64,000 nt of DNA from the NCBI RefSeq assembly GCF_964204645.1, contig NC_134025.1, positions 7,440,001 through 7,504,000 on the forward strand, read 5' to 3'. The notes under the pieces were generated by a model, which worked only from the letters and a program-made list of their open reading frames with translations, did not search any database and had not been told where the DNA came from. Position 1 is the first letter of the stretch. Each line of letters opens with the position of its first letter. The DNA comes from Tubulanus polymorphus. Lineage: Eukaryota; Animalia; Nemertea. Below are positions 27,601-39,764 of the stretch, piece by piece. Position numbers and translations under genes: made by a program.

Positions 27601-30600
27601 AGCAGAGCTGCAGCAGAGAAGAATTCTGATGAAATGATGACATTACCAAAATAAATTCACAGCAAACCACACACGAAGGAAAATAGAATATATACGTATA
27701 CACTATGTAATAACAACAATAAAGATAAGTGACAACATCTTTCAAAACATTTCAAAATCTAGCCAAGAAATTTGAGAAAATTGAAATGTCTAAGGGTCGC
27801 AAGTGACACGTAAGTGGCTAGAATGTGAATTGTTCAATTCTATCCCTAAATGGTCCTACATATATTTTACCTGACAGTATTTCACTCTTAGAGCCATTAG
27901 ACCCATTCACAGATACGACATCTGAATATTGGGCATTCGCTAGATTGTAGAAAATAGATAGCACACGCTGTTTAAACCAAACACTCATTCAATCAAATCA
28001 CCAGTCATTCGCAGATATAAGCTTTTTTTTGTGTTGAAGCTCAAAGCAATTTTTTCGATTAACCAAATGTTACATAATTCTCTCACTTTTAAGTAACGAA
28101 CCACCCCCGAGCAGCATATGTTCACCCTTCACGCAGCAGTATGTTGTTTTGGGTAATAACCAGCCTACATTCTGCTTACCTAATCGTGTCGGCATTTTTA
28201 AACCGCCACATTTTTTCCAATACATCCAACAAGCAGCGCAGAGACGACATTGCATGTGCACCGGACCCCATGAATACCATTGATGGGATGAAGCAGCTGC
28301 AAAAAGACATTTAGAATTCAAAACATGAAGCTAAGATTCAATATTCTATATTCTGTAAATAATAGAAAGTGAACTCATAACAGCTTTAAACTCAGTCCTC
28401 ACCATAACAGCTTTCACATGCACGACCAGACAACAGGTCAGATCCTTTCGAGTTCATTATAGCAGCAGGGTTAGGTTTATTACTGAAATGTATGGAATGT
28501 GGGTTTGAAAATGTTCAGTCAACATCACGTCTGTTGTCTCAGGCAAAGAGAGATCAATAGACAGAAACTTACTAATTAGGAATGTAAACCTGTTTGAGTT
28601 TACTCTCTTGTTCAGCTGCTTTTATTCGTTTTTGTTGAACGTATCGATCCGTCGTTTTCCACATGTAATAATATTCTACTATGCTTTTTAAAGTTTTCCA
28701 CGGTAACTGAATATCAGAAAATAATCCGAAAATTTTACAAGACAATGGCAATTTACACCGGCGTATAGTTCACAGTACGATCAACCTAGATTCTCTCATT
28801 ATAAACTACTTACAAAATCTTGCCGTATGTCATTGAAATCTTTTCCATATTTATCTAAAGCCTCTTCGAATAAGTTTGCCTCCGACGCAGACCATTCCTC
28901 CATTTCATCTCGACATAACACAGGTCCGCCAGTAGGGACTAGACTGGCAACTGCGTCGTGAATCACATAGGTGCTTTTATGTAGCGTATCCATAGCATGA
29001 AACTGTTATATGAAAATAGAGATGCAAATGTCATTCATTAAGAATGATGGCTTACCAGAGGCTTTACTTTATTTCATCGAATATTTAACAAACTCTAAGT
29101 CTTATTTACGACATGAGTGGAAATTCTTGACTCATAACTTTAATAAACATTTTAAACTAAGCGTACTACCGTAAGTAATGCCTGGATTAGCAATTTTGTT
29201 GCATAAGAAGCAGGGTTCAACAAGAATAAATAGTTTCTAAAGACTTCTTGTAAAACTCACTAAAGTGACATCTCTTGATGCAGCAGCCGCACTCATATGT
29301 AGACTAGGTTGTCTGACTGTACTTGAACAATCTAAAGCACGTGCAAAAGTTCCTACAGATCTGAAAAGAGCACCGACAAAAATTTCACCAATCAACTCAA
29401 AAATTCATATTTCTTGAATCGGATAATGGGATGGTATATCGTACTAGCTATTTCTCACCTAGCGATAACCATAAACTGATCTATCTGTTTGTCAGACGAG
29501 CCGTTCTCAGGATTCCAAACCAATTCCTCTAATTTTTCACCTTTCCTATCATTTTCATACTCCTCTATAAAAACAAGATCAAAAGGTCAATTATTTACCT
29601 AAGATTCTTTTATCATTTCAGATCCTCGATATGACAATTCTATACATACCTGGCGTCATTTTTAGGGTTATTTTTTCAACTTGAAACTTCGAGCCTACAC
29701 GGATTTCTCCTTTATCAGCTAATAAAGTCTTTTGTTGCGGGTCATAAACTAACGAATAAAAAAATGTATCCTGAAAAAAGAAATTACACAAATATATATA
29801 CATATACACACGTATATAGATATGGAATATAGGGGTAGATCAAGCAGCTGAACACTCAATTGCATCTGAATCTGATCTAGGTGAAGACTGTGCTGACCTC
29901 TTTATTTAAATATGATAATAATGATTCTGTTTCATTGAGCAATGTCACACAGCATTTTCCTCGTATGTGCGTTGCTGGCAACGTTTCCACTTGTCTGGAC
30001 AGAAATAATTCCCGGTGTTTCAACTGATGACGTTCTTTTTCTGCTATTTCATCATCGCTTTCTTGCTCGTCTTCCAAGGCACCTGGACAGGAAAAAAAAT
30101 GCAAGATGTATGAAATTGATCAAAATGCATAAATTTACACACTACCGGTACTGGGAATATTGCGATAGAGGCGACATCAACCTTTTACAAGAGCAAGCTT
30201 GGGAGGTGTTAATGTCACACATTGCAAATGCCAAATGTAACTAAAAAAGAGTTCCACGTTGTAAATACTAAATATTCGGATATGCAACCAAAAGCGAGCA
30301 AGCCCTCTGTATCATTGTCATGATCAAACACATGAAAGATTTACTGACAGTTCAAAGATGTGATTGTGCGATGTAATTTGATGAAATGGTGTAAACTATC
30401 CTATCATTCAACCGTAGTTATTACTAAATAACTGTGGGCTACAATATTTTCCGCCAACAAAAATGCTGGGAATTACGGCATAAATTGTATACTGTAAGAC
30501 ATGATATATGGAGGTTCACTTTTTGAATAAGTAGAAGTTAATTCAAAATATGATGCCCAATCTATGGACCACGATGTCGGATGGTGGTTTCTATCACGAC

Positions 30601-33600
30601 GACATATCATGACGCATGGTAGGCCTACACAGTGAGTGTAGACATGAGTATACATACGATTTTTCTCTGATTACTGTCTGTCTCGATCAATGACAATAAT
30701 GCAAATCATCATCAAACCACACGAAGATTCAGGGACGAAATATACTTTAAACTTAAAAAAATATCGAGAACTTCGACATCCGTGCACATGTATTTGGCGT
30801 TCGACTACTGTCATAACAATATGACCAAACTAGATATGAATGATGTGGGGCTATAATTCCAGTAACCTTTAACAATGAAAGTAATCGGTAGCTTTTGAAT
30901 TAACCCTTCACAGGCCAGTTCATATCGATAATTGCCAAAAAATATCAAATTAAGTCCTATACTGATGAACATTTTTTTGATCCAATTGAAATGAGGAGTT
31001 CGAAGGTTACGATCTCAGACTTGACGATCGAAACGGCATCCTCGATCTTGAGCAAATTGAAACCACCAGTATGAAGGTTCTAAGGGGGTTATCAAGACGG
31101 GCTAAAAAAGGGGGTCGAAATTTAATACCCCCAGGGGGCATTCGAAAAAGGGACAAAACTCGACATCCTGAGTGGATGGACGAGACAGTTCACTTGTTCC
31201 AAATCAATAGCAAGTACACTTACGAGTGGCAATAACATTGGTTGTCACATAATGCAGTGTAAACTAAATAAGAATAAAATTACTTTTATAGAGTCCATTT
31301 CAGATCGCAAAAGGTTTTTTGGTCAAAATCCTTAAAGGAGGATACCCAACTTTGCGATCTTCGATTTTTTTCAATATTGAAAAAATTGAAATTTCCATTG
31401 TTGTAAAATTAAAAAACAAATCATGGCCTATAATTTCATAAAATTCTCGATAAATAGATTCAGCATGTATTCATATTATCAAAGTTATGCTTTACAACAT
31501 TTTTAGATGTATTTCACGATTTTGCATTGTTGCAATCAGCAGCCAGCACATCTCAGGAGCTTAACAACACAGACTGTAGACTTTTTCACAACTGTGGAGC
31601 CTTTTTCTGGCGCATAATGTAATTTAAACAAACACTTGGGCCTGATTGAAAATGACTATCACTGCTTGTCGATTTAACGCTTGGAACCACTATCATATGG
31701 AAGTGACGATTAAAAATAAAGGAAACAAGCCATTATACTACCCAACTAATCAAGGTTGTACCCAGAAATAAAATGATGGCAAAACACTTCATACAATATA
31801 AACTCAGCATCAACAAACTTTTTGGGCATCCTATGACGCATTAATTGATTGTAATGCTAGTGTCAATATTGTCAAAGTAGATGTAATCTTAGAAGATAAA
31901 ACCATATCACAAACTTAAATGCCTGACGATGGTCTCTAGAAAGTCCGAAACACTGTGTCTTTTGGTTTTAATTTCTTGAATAATTAAATTTGCTTTTAAT
32001 CTTATAAATTTTGTATATAGTGTTGGTTTTAAACTCATTAACTATTCGCCTCATCAGAATGTGCTAATCTACAATATGATATAGTTTGGTCCAGTTGATG
32101 TTACCATAATTGTGTTTCCAGGGTCAATCAGGAATTTCAAAGGCCGAGATTTTAAAATGCCCTTCAAATCAAAGGAAGGGTGATGCGTCCAAACTATTCT
32201 TGACAGGGTCCCTAAATCCATCCAGGAGAGCAATAGGAGTAACTTACTTTGATGTTTGTCTGCCAACTGAATGAGTGAACTCGATATATCTCTTCGTCGA
32301 TAAAAACACATAACTTTTGCTTCAACGTTTCCATTTGGCGTCTAAAATTCAGAATTTAAAGAATGTCCGATAAAGTGCCCCTGCGGTTTATTCAATTTCT
32401 GAGCAATTTTTAAGCGTTGGGAAAGATAGCACTAGTAAAGAAGATGCGGCAGACAGCAGTACAGCGGAACTCGCTTAATTCAGATCTTTCAATCCGGATT
32501 TTCATTTAATTCAGATGAAATATTTGGGTCCATTCATGTTAACTATTATTCATAATTCAGATTTTACTTCGGAGAAATCAGGCCAGTCCTTGGTCATCCG
32601 TATTAAATGAGTTCTACCGTATCTTACATCACTCTGTACATCTTCAGGCAGAACAGGTTCAGTTATAAACGGGTAGAACTTACTTTGTTTAATTCCTCTA
32701 TTCTTCGGATTTGGTAAGGAGTTGTAGATGATGTTTCAAAATAAACATAATCTGTAAGTTAAGCACAATGGAAATACTTTTTAACTAGATTTACATATCT
32801 TCATATGAAATACGATGAACTTGAAGCCCATTTCTCAATTAGGTGACTTTGATTTCTCTAAACCTAGTTTTTTTTTACTCCATCTGAAAGATTTTATGAA
32901 ATAAATCTGTCTCTTTTATAGAGAAAGCGAAAGCGGAATTTTTTTGAAAATGACTTTTTTTCAATGACTCCTTCAGCATTTCACACATTTAGAACTTTTG
33001 GCAATGAATATTTACTCATTTGGATAAAAGCCGCATGAAAAGGCCTATGACGAAACAAATTGCTGTTATTTTGTCATTGGCCAATCATGGCGAGAAAAGT
33101 AGTTCAAGATATGCCTATCAGGGAATATAAGTTTTGAGAAATCTTTTGGGAAAAAAATAAACAACCAGATGGATTGTAAAGGAATAGTTTAAGCACTCAT
33201 CATATACAGTACAATGGGAAAAATCTTCTCAAGAGGGAATGGGGATTCCAGCTTTTCTAGTTCTATCAGGGGCGGATTCAAAGGGAGGATGCGAGCGTGT
33301 GCAACCCCCTAATAATGTCAAGTTACCCAGGAATTTTATAGCAAAGTTAAACATATCAAACTGATACCTAAAAAAAGTTCATAAGGCAAGCTTGTTCTCT
33401 GTATTTCCAAAAATGAATCAACGTTTTCCGGTGAGCATTCTTTTGGGGTGCACTAAATTATATATGCCCTATTTTGGGGGTGCACTCCTCCTTGAATCAG
33501 AACCTAGATATATCCGTATTTGCCCAATGCAAGATCAGTCTTCGCACTGAATAAATACACTTTATGGCGGAATTATTCAATTAAGTCGCGAATGAGGATG

Positions 33601-34163
33601 TGTTATTGCTTCAAAACTATCAGGCTCAGGAGCCTGTTCCAGAGAAGTAGTTGCATAGTTCCCACAGTTTAACAGCTAGGCCACTATCTAAAACTCTCGT
33701 TTAAAGCGGAAGAATTGCAATAATCACAATAAAGTCAAAGAAGGCATTATCAACAAAAATATCAACTTTCGCAAATATCTATAAAAATATCAACCGAAGG
33801 CCTAGGACAATAGGCAAGCGAGCGCTCGCCAAGCTATTAGAATTTGATTACTTTGTATATAATCCTGTGATGACATTGATGATCTGATGATGATGCTGCT
33901 CTTTTTGGTTTTACCTGTGAACAGCTGGCCTCATTCAATATCAATATTATCTGGGCCAACATTTGATTTTGTGTTGAAAACGTAAAAATGATACAGTAGG
34001 CCTATATCAATCGCAAATACACGCAAAAATAAAATGTAAGAAATATAAATTGGATCAATTATACATGCACAGGCAGGCATCATAGCCTATGGCCGGCGAG
34101 CTCGAAAAAAAATCTGCCGACTAAAGTTTACGAACCTCCAACTCGATACATATTTGCCGCCAT
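21687..34163 (-). CDS. MTA1: Metastasis-associated protein (NuRD subunit; BAH-ELM2-SANT-GATA), multi-exon
   Basis: ATG 34161-34163 MAANMYRVG|DYVYFE; [24 protein letters not shown]; [11 protein letters not shown]; [31 protein letters not shown]; GATA finger CESC...[20 protein letters not shown]; C-terminus [22 protein letters not shown] (TGA 21687-21689). Confidence 0.97.
22168..22200. repeat. (GA)n microsatellite in MTA1 intron (polypyrimidine on sense strand, near acceptor)
   Basis: agagagagag... about 16 units with one interruption. Confidence 0.9.
23627..23756. mobile_element. Short MITE-like element in MTA1 intron
   Basis: GGGGCCAGTTGCTCA ... CAGCGACTGGCTC imperfect inverted termini ~130 bp apart. 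Confidence 0.45.
31921..32060 (+). mobile_element. Penelope-like element 3' remnant with degenerate minimal hammerhead ribozyme
   Basis: CTGACGA-TGGTCTCTAGAAAGTCC-GAAA-CACTGTG-TC core at 31923-31959 followed by AT-rich tail; stem I not intact. Confidence 0.4.
32462..32619. mobile_element. Tc1/mariner(pogo)-like MITE in MTA1 intron
   Basis: TA-CAGCGGAACTCGCTTAAT ... ATTAAATGAGTTCTACCG-TA inverted termini with TA flanks. Confidence 0.6.
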
Positions 34164-34299
34164 CCTGTGTATTTAAAACTTCTATCCACCTATAGATGTT
34201 TGTGCCGGGATCGATGTAGCATAAAGATGAATTTGGCGGCCGGATTATCCAGAAATTAAACAAATAAATGGGCCAAACACGACACGCGATTCAAGATCA

Positions 34300-34560
34300 C
34301 CGGATCGCCATTTTCTGAGTGTTCCGCGTTCTCCTGTCTTCCTCCTCCCGTGACGTCATGCGTCCTTCCCGGCCCACTGACACAAAGAAACTGACCGTGA
34401 TTCAAATCATCTATTTTGTCAAAGAGTTTATACATGTTGCCCATTCCATCATCGTAAGGTCATTCGATCATTGGGTTAATGGAAATGTCGTATATAACGG
34501 TATTTTCAAAAATCGAATTTCACAAAAATTTAATGCAAACAATATGGCGGACAAAGGGTT
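34300..34560. promoter_or_regulatory. MTA1 promoter region with CRE (TGACGTCA ~34350-34357) and YY1-like (CGCCATTT ~34306; ATGGCGG ~34543) motifs
   Basis: CpG-enriched stretch upstream of MTA1 ATG with these consensus motifs. Confidence 0.4.
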
Positions 34561-35052
34561 AAATACGTATAAATCGGGTTACAGTAAAATGCGGATTACC
34601 CATTTTCGGGCGGGTTATTTAATCAAATTTATTAATTTTCTTCTCATACCTAAAGCATTTGGGGATCTTATAACATCTTTCTCCCATGAGCCAGTTGGGT
34701 ATTGCAGACCTTCTTGCAGTTTGGATACGGAAAGATCAGAGAGCAAGGACAAAGACGACAAAGAACAAGGACCTTGATTGAGGACCTTCGGTCAACAAAT
34801 GGATAATCAGAAACAAAGTCAGAAACAAATAAATACCGATGTATTATCATTGTGATATTTATTATTCATTACACCAATAAATAAACACATCCATTATATC
34901 ATAGGTGGTATCATTAAAGCATAATGAAAATCATTCCATTGTAGAAAAAAAATTTATAAGCTTGGCAGTTTTCCGGAATGAAAAATATCTATCCTTCCTG
35001 CATATTCTTTGATCACTAGCACAGCACGTTTTCTAGCTCACTCACATGGATT

Positions 35053-38000
35053 CTATTTCAACGTATTCACCTAGAAAAGGGAAATTGAATGAATTTATTT
35101 TTTCAAATACATAAACATAAGTATAAATAATTTTACAAACAATTTTACGATTAATCACTCAGTGCATATCAATTGAAAATTTACATATTTGAGGAGGACA
35201 GTAAGCAGTACCGAGAGGGGGATGCATGCCCTCTATAAACATATAATTTAGGCTACATACAGTACAAATACATCATGCTAATTCCTGATAAAAAGATGTA
35301 AAGTTATTTACACTTATCTACTGATCAGACTTACAATGTCATCAATTTTCATGATGCTGCGCACGGTTTCTGCCGCTAATGTAATGGCGCTCGTTGATAC
35401 TAATAATGGCTGTATAACATTTTCTTCTAGGATATTAGTAATAGCTCCCTGAAAATATAGAGACGGAAACTTGGATAATGGTTTCTATCTGAGAGTTAGT
35501 ATCCGAAAATTTATACTCAACTATCTGGAACCGAAGTATACAATCAAAATTTTCAGGGTTCTAATGTACCTTACGAACATTGATACCAGCTGTTTTTTCA
35601 CCATGAGCGTGTCGATTTCGTAAATCAGTGACCGTTGATATGGGGTTAAGACCGGCATTTTCAGCTAGTGTGAAGGGAATTACTTCCAACGCTTCGGCGA
35701 AAGCGCGGAAACAATACTGTTCCATACCGCTAAGAGTATGTGAATATTCCATAAGACGTAATGCAATTTCGATCTCAGGAGCTCCTCCTCCAGCTATCAG
35801 CGCCCTACAACAAATGAAACAAGTTTCATCAAATATGATCTCCAATAATTTTCCTCGATCTTGGTTTTTCTCTTAAAAGATTAGTTGCACGGTTCCCACA
35901 GTTAAATGAATTAAAACTTAAAAGTATTTCGTGGGCGATTGTTCAATTTTCCCAAATGGAAATGAACAGATACCAGTCATGCTACAGGGAATTACTACTT
36001 CAAATTTCCCAAGTTTTTCCCAATTTCCGTGTTCTGTGGGAACCATGTAGTTGCATTACTGACCTCTTCTTCACCAAGCATCGTATAACGCACAGAGCGT
36101 CGTGAATAGATCTATCAGCTTCTTCCAGCACCAATTTATTGGAACCACGCACGATAATACAAACAGTTCTGCCTTGATTAGTGATACCGGTAACTTTGAC
36201 AACTTTACTACTGCCGGTTTGTACCTCTTCGACAAGATCAGCAGATGCCATCATTTCTGGTTGGAAGTGATCGATGCTCGCGATTGGTTTACAGGCTAAA
36301 CTCTGAAATGAAAATTCAACTTCACTTATTGCTCCTCACTGTATAAGCAATGAAGGGAAGAGACGAAATATAACATCTCACTTACCCTACAATAAAATTC
36401 TACATCTTCTCTTTCGATGTCTTTGATTACCATGATCTTCATTTTGCCCAAAAAGTGAAGGGCTAAGTCATTGACAGCATCTCTGAAAAGGATTTATAAC
36501 GGAATAAAACACATTTTTCAGATATATAGGCTACAACCTTTAGTCAATTCTAAATATTACCTTAAGATAGACTTCTGTATGAGCAGAACGTTGCAGCCTG
36601 ATTTCTTAATCTTCTTCACAAGGTCTAAAATATACTGTCTCTCCTCACGTAGAACACGATCCATTTGAGTGTAGTCGGACACTACAACTTCATTCTCCAT
36701 CTAAAATCCACAGTAGACTTGATTAAACATGTTCAGGATAAATATGAATGAATTACAGTGCATTCACGATAAGAGCATACTCACATCTGTTTTTGGTGGT
36801 GAAAGGCAGAATTGAATGAGACCAATTTTAGCCTTTTCTACTTTACTGGGACCAGCCGCAGCTCGTCCATTGAATACAACTCCATCAATTAATTCTGTAT
36901 CTTCAACAGTACCACTAAATATAAAACCGTTGGCTTAGACATTGCTAACAGATCTTAGTACGACCACAAACCCTAGAAGGATATGTTAAAACTCGAGGAG
37001 CTCACCCTAATTTTTTGATTATCTTGACGTCATTGAGGTCACAATTAATGGCAGTTGCTGGGTCGATCACCTTCATGACAGCGTCCACTGTGATCGGCGA
37101 CAAAATGTTTGAGTATTGAGACACAACCTACAAGAAAACAATGATAAATCCGTCTCAGTTGAAAGTTATTCTGAAAATATTTAGATCAACCCCGAACTTT
37201 TCGCTATGTTCTTCATGCTAAAAAATTCTTAAATCTGAAAATGTTTAGATCAACCCAGAACTTTTTGCTATGTTCTTCATCCTAAAAAATTCTTAATTCG
37301 ACTCTCTTACTCTTTAATGGACTTGAAGTAGCATTTAAGCTTGTTTTTTAATCAGTATCAGTATCAGCTCATAAGTGAGTGACTGCTCTGTGATCGTGCA
37401 TTAGTTTGCACAAAATCCATCGAATTGCTAAAAGGGGTCAGATCTTTTTTAACACGACTCTACATGAAATGCGTACCTTGGAATTCAATGATGTTGAAGC
37501 ACTCTTTAACAGGGAATCGTTATCACTGAGTTTCACCGGCGTGCTCATATCTTCAAGAATCGTGCAACATTTAGCAGCAGCTCGTTGGAAAGATTCCGAA
37601 ATCGTAGTCGGATGAATTCCTTTAGCCAGCAGCTTAGCACTCGCGTCCAATAGACTGCCAGCTATAACAACAACAGAGGTCGTTCCATCACCGGCTTCAA
37701 TATCCTGTGCCTTTGATAATTCAACTAACATCTTTGCCGATGGATGAAGAACTTGCATCTGTTTGAGGATTGTAGCGCCGTCGTTTGTGATCGTAACATC
37801 TCCCGTACCGGACTGGATCTGAATTAGAACACTCAATCTATAAAATCTTAATCTAGTCATTTAAATTAAAAGATCAAAACTTTAAGCCATTTTTGACTTC
37901 GTACCATTTTATCCATTCCTCTTGGGCCAAGACTTGTTCGAATGGCATCAGACACAGCTAAAAATAAAACAAAAAGTTCATCTTCAGGTCATGAGAATGT

Positions 38001-39336
38001 GCGCAGTAGCTTTTACTTGACTTAAGCTTATCAGCAGGTACCAAAATCTCGCAAAGGCAAGCAAATTCTTGGACGGTTGAGTTAAGTGCGGCGAACGCCA
38101 GTCAACAGTTTATGTTAGTAGAAATAGGTAATCTCCGTAGTATCCCCGCCCTGCATGTGTCAATCATATTAGCATGAGCATGTGCTGTCCGCGGCGTCGG
38201 AAATAAACAGTTGTATTTTGCATATAGTACGGAATACCTCAAGGGCCATACGACTTACGTTTTACGAGTTACTAATACATTTCCTACAATACGTTATGAC
38301 TTACGATTTACGACTTAGGTTTTACGACTTACGTTTTACGAATTACACGTTTTTCTCTAATTGGCTTCGGATATCCGAAGCGCGTTATTCAAAGAACGGG
38401 TTTCGAAATGAAGTCGAATTGTCATTTCAAACAGCATAATAAGAGTAATTTATTGTACATAGTGAATCAATCTCGACTGCAGTGGTCTATTACAGGGCAG
38501 AAAATCTGCGCGTTGGCCATCTGCTGTGCGAACCTTCTCAAAATCTATTAAATGCTGACAATACATTTCACACTGACTGATGACTGTCCCGTTACGTGCA
38601 CGATGATTTTAATAGACGATATTTCAATAGATCTTAGCTGGAAATGATTTAAATAATTAGAACAAGATTCATCAATTTAGAAAAAAAATGTATCTATTTT
38701 TTGAAAACACTGGGCTGCATACAGCCATCCATCCTCGTTACAGTGGTTATTCGTCTAATAATTACACCCACACAGTGAAATGCCTACCACGTGGCCACTG
38801 TCCTTGAACTCTTGCGAACCGAAACTCCAACACTTAACTCGTAAATCGTATTTAAGTTGAATTCGTAACTCAAAAAACGGAAGTCGTAACGAATATTCAA
38901 GGAAATGTATAAGTAACTCGTAAAACGTAACTCGTACGGCCCTTGAGGTATTCCATAATATCGAATGAAAAGGGACTTCTCTCATTCTTTCTCTGCATCG
39001 AACTGATTTCTCCTGTGGAACTGCAAGATCTCCACATTTAGTGCCGTGAGTGACCAGGATAAAAACTCCACATTATTAAAAGGCTGGACAAGTAGTATAA
39101 TGGGAGATTTGGATATTTGTTCGATAATAAATTCTTTAGTCATTATCCTAATATGATATGATGACTCTCCAGTGTTTAAAATAAAGAAAGAAACTGAAGA
39201 AAATGTCATATATTCTAGAATCTACATTTTGACAGCTACCTTTTGCAGCGGTGATGTTGCTGTATCGGATTTGAGTGGGTTTATCTTTGTCCTCAAATTC
39301 GGACCTCTTCCCCTGTACGGGAGCAGTTTCAGGCAT
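35053..39336 (-). CDS. CCT4: T-complex protein 1 subunit delta (group II chaperonin), multi-exon
   Basis: ATG 39334-39336; [15 protein letters not shown]|[18 protein letters not shown]; [11 protein letters not shown]; AGDGTTSVV; GGGAPEIE; [11 protein letters not shown]|VNTLK* (TAG 35053-35055). Confidence 0.97.
35888..36047. mobile_element. 160 bp MITE with 14 bp TIR and apparent 6 bp target duplication in CCT4 intron
   Basis: CACGGTTCCCACAG ... CTGTGGGAACCATG; TAGTTG on both sides (35882-35887, 36048-36053). Confidence 0.7.
37171..37296. repeat. Two-copy ~64 bp tandem duplication in CCT4 intron
   Basis: CTGAAAATATTTAGATCAACCCCGAACTTTTCGCTATGTTCTTCATGCTAAAAAATTCTTAA repeated with few substitutions. 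Confidence 0.85.
38228..38957. mobile_element. ~730 bp non-autonomous DNA transposon with long TIRs in CCT4 intron 1
   Basis: TACGGAATACCTCAAGGGCCATACGACTTACGTTTTACGAGTTACTAATACATTTCC at left is the near reverse complement of GGAAATGTATAAGTAACTCGTAAAACGTAACTCGTACGGCCCTTGAGGTATTCCATA at right; subterminal TTACG repeats. Confidence 0.85.
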
Positions 39337-39764
39337 CTTTATCAAGTTTATTCGTCGAATATAAAATCAAATCTGGTCGGATGAAAGCCGATATCGAGAT
39401 TAGTGAATGAAAACTTCACCGTGCGCAGCGGAATATTCCGGAAGGATAGATAGAATTTATGGCGTCGGCTAGTTTCCCGTGACGACGAGATTTCAGATTT
39501 TGACAGAAAAAACTAATCTAAACTTGATTTAAGTCATTAATGAATGATCAAAATGGTTGGAAAATTTAAAAAAACTTTAAAAAAATTAAACTTGGCAATT
39601 TTGATTGGGCAACTACCAATTCAATTTAATAATTTATTAATCACCAGGTGGCAGCAGCGTTTTGCGGGAAGTTCGGACGTAGTTTCCATGAATTCGCCGT
39701 CGTTTTAAGACATTTAACGCCTGAATATCACTTATTGACTAATGCTGTTGATTTATGATAAACT
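39337..39764. promoter_or_regulatory. Bidirectional promoter CCT4/DTL with CCAAT boxes, CTCF-like and E2F-like sites
   Basis: GATTGG ~39603, CCAAT ~39616, TCACCAGGTGGCAGCA 39641-39656, TTTGCGGGAA ~39662-39670. Confidence 0.55.

Noticed and set aside
30899-31832. TTAA-started piggyBac/Kolobok-like ends (TTAACCCTT 30900, TTAAAGGAGG 31332)
   Set aside because: Matching opposite termini too degenerate to delimit elements.
34319-34777. 152 aa ORF upstream of MTA1
   Set aside because: GTG start, no recognisable homology, overlaps promoter motifs.
37320-37470. Possible intronic snoRNA in CCT4
   Set aside because: CTGA boxes present but no C box or H/ACA architecture recognisable.
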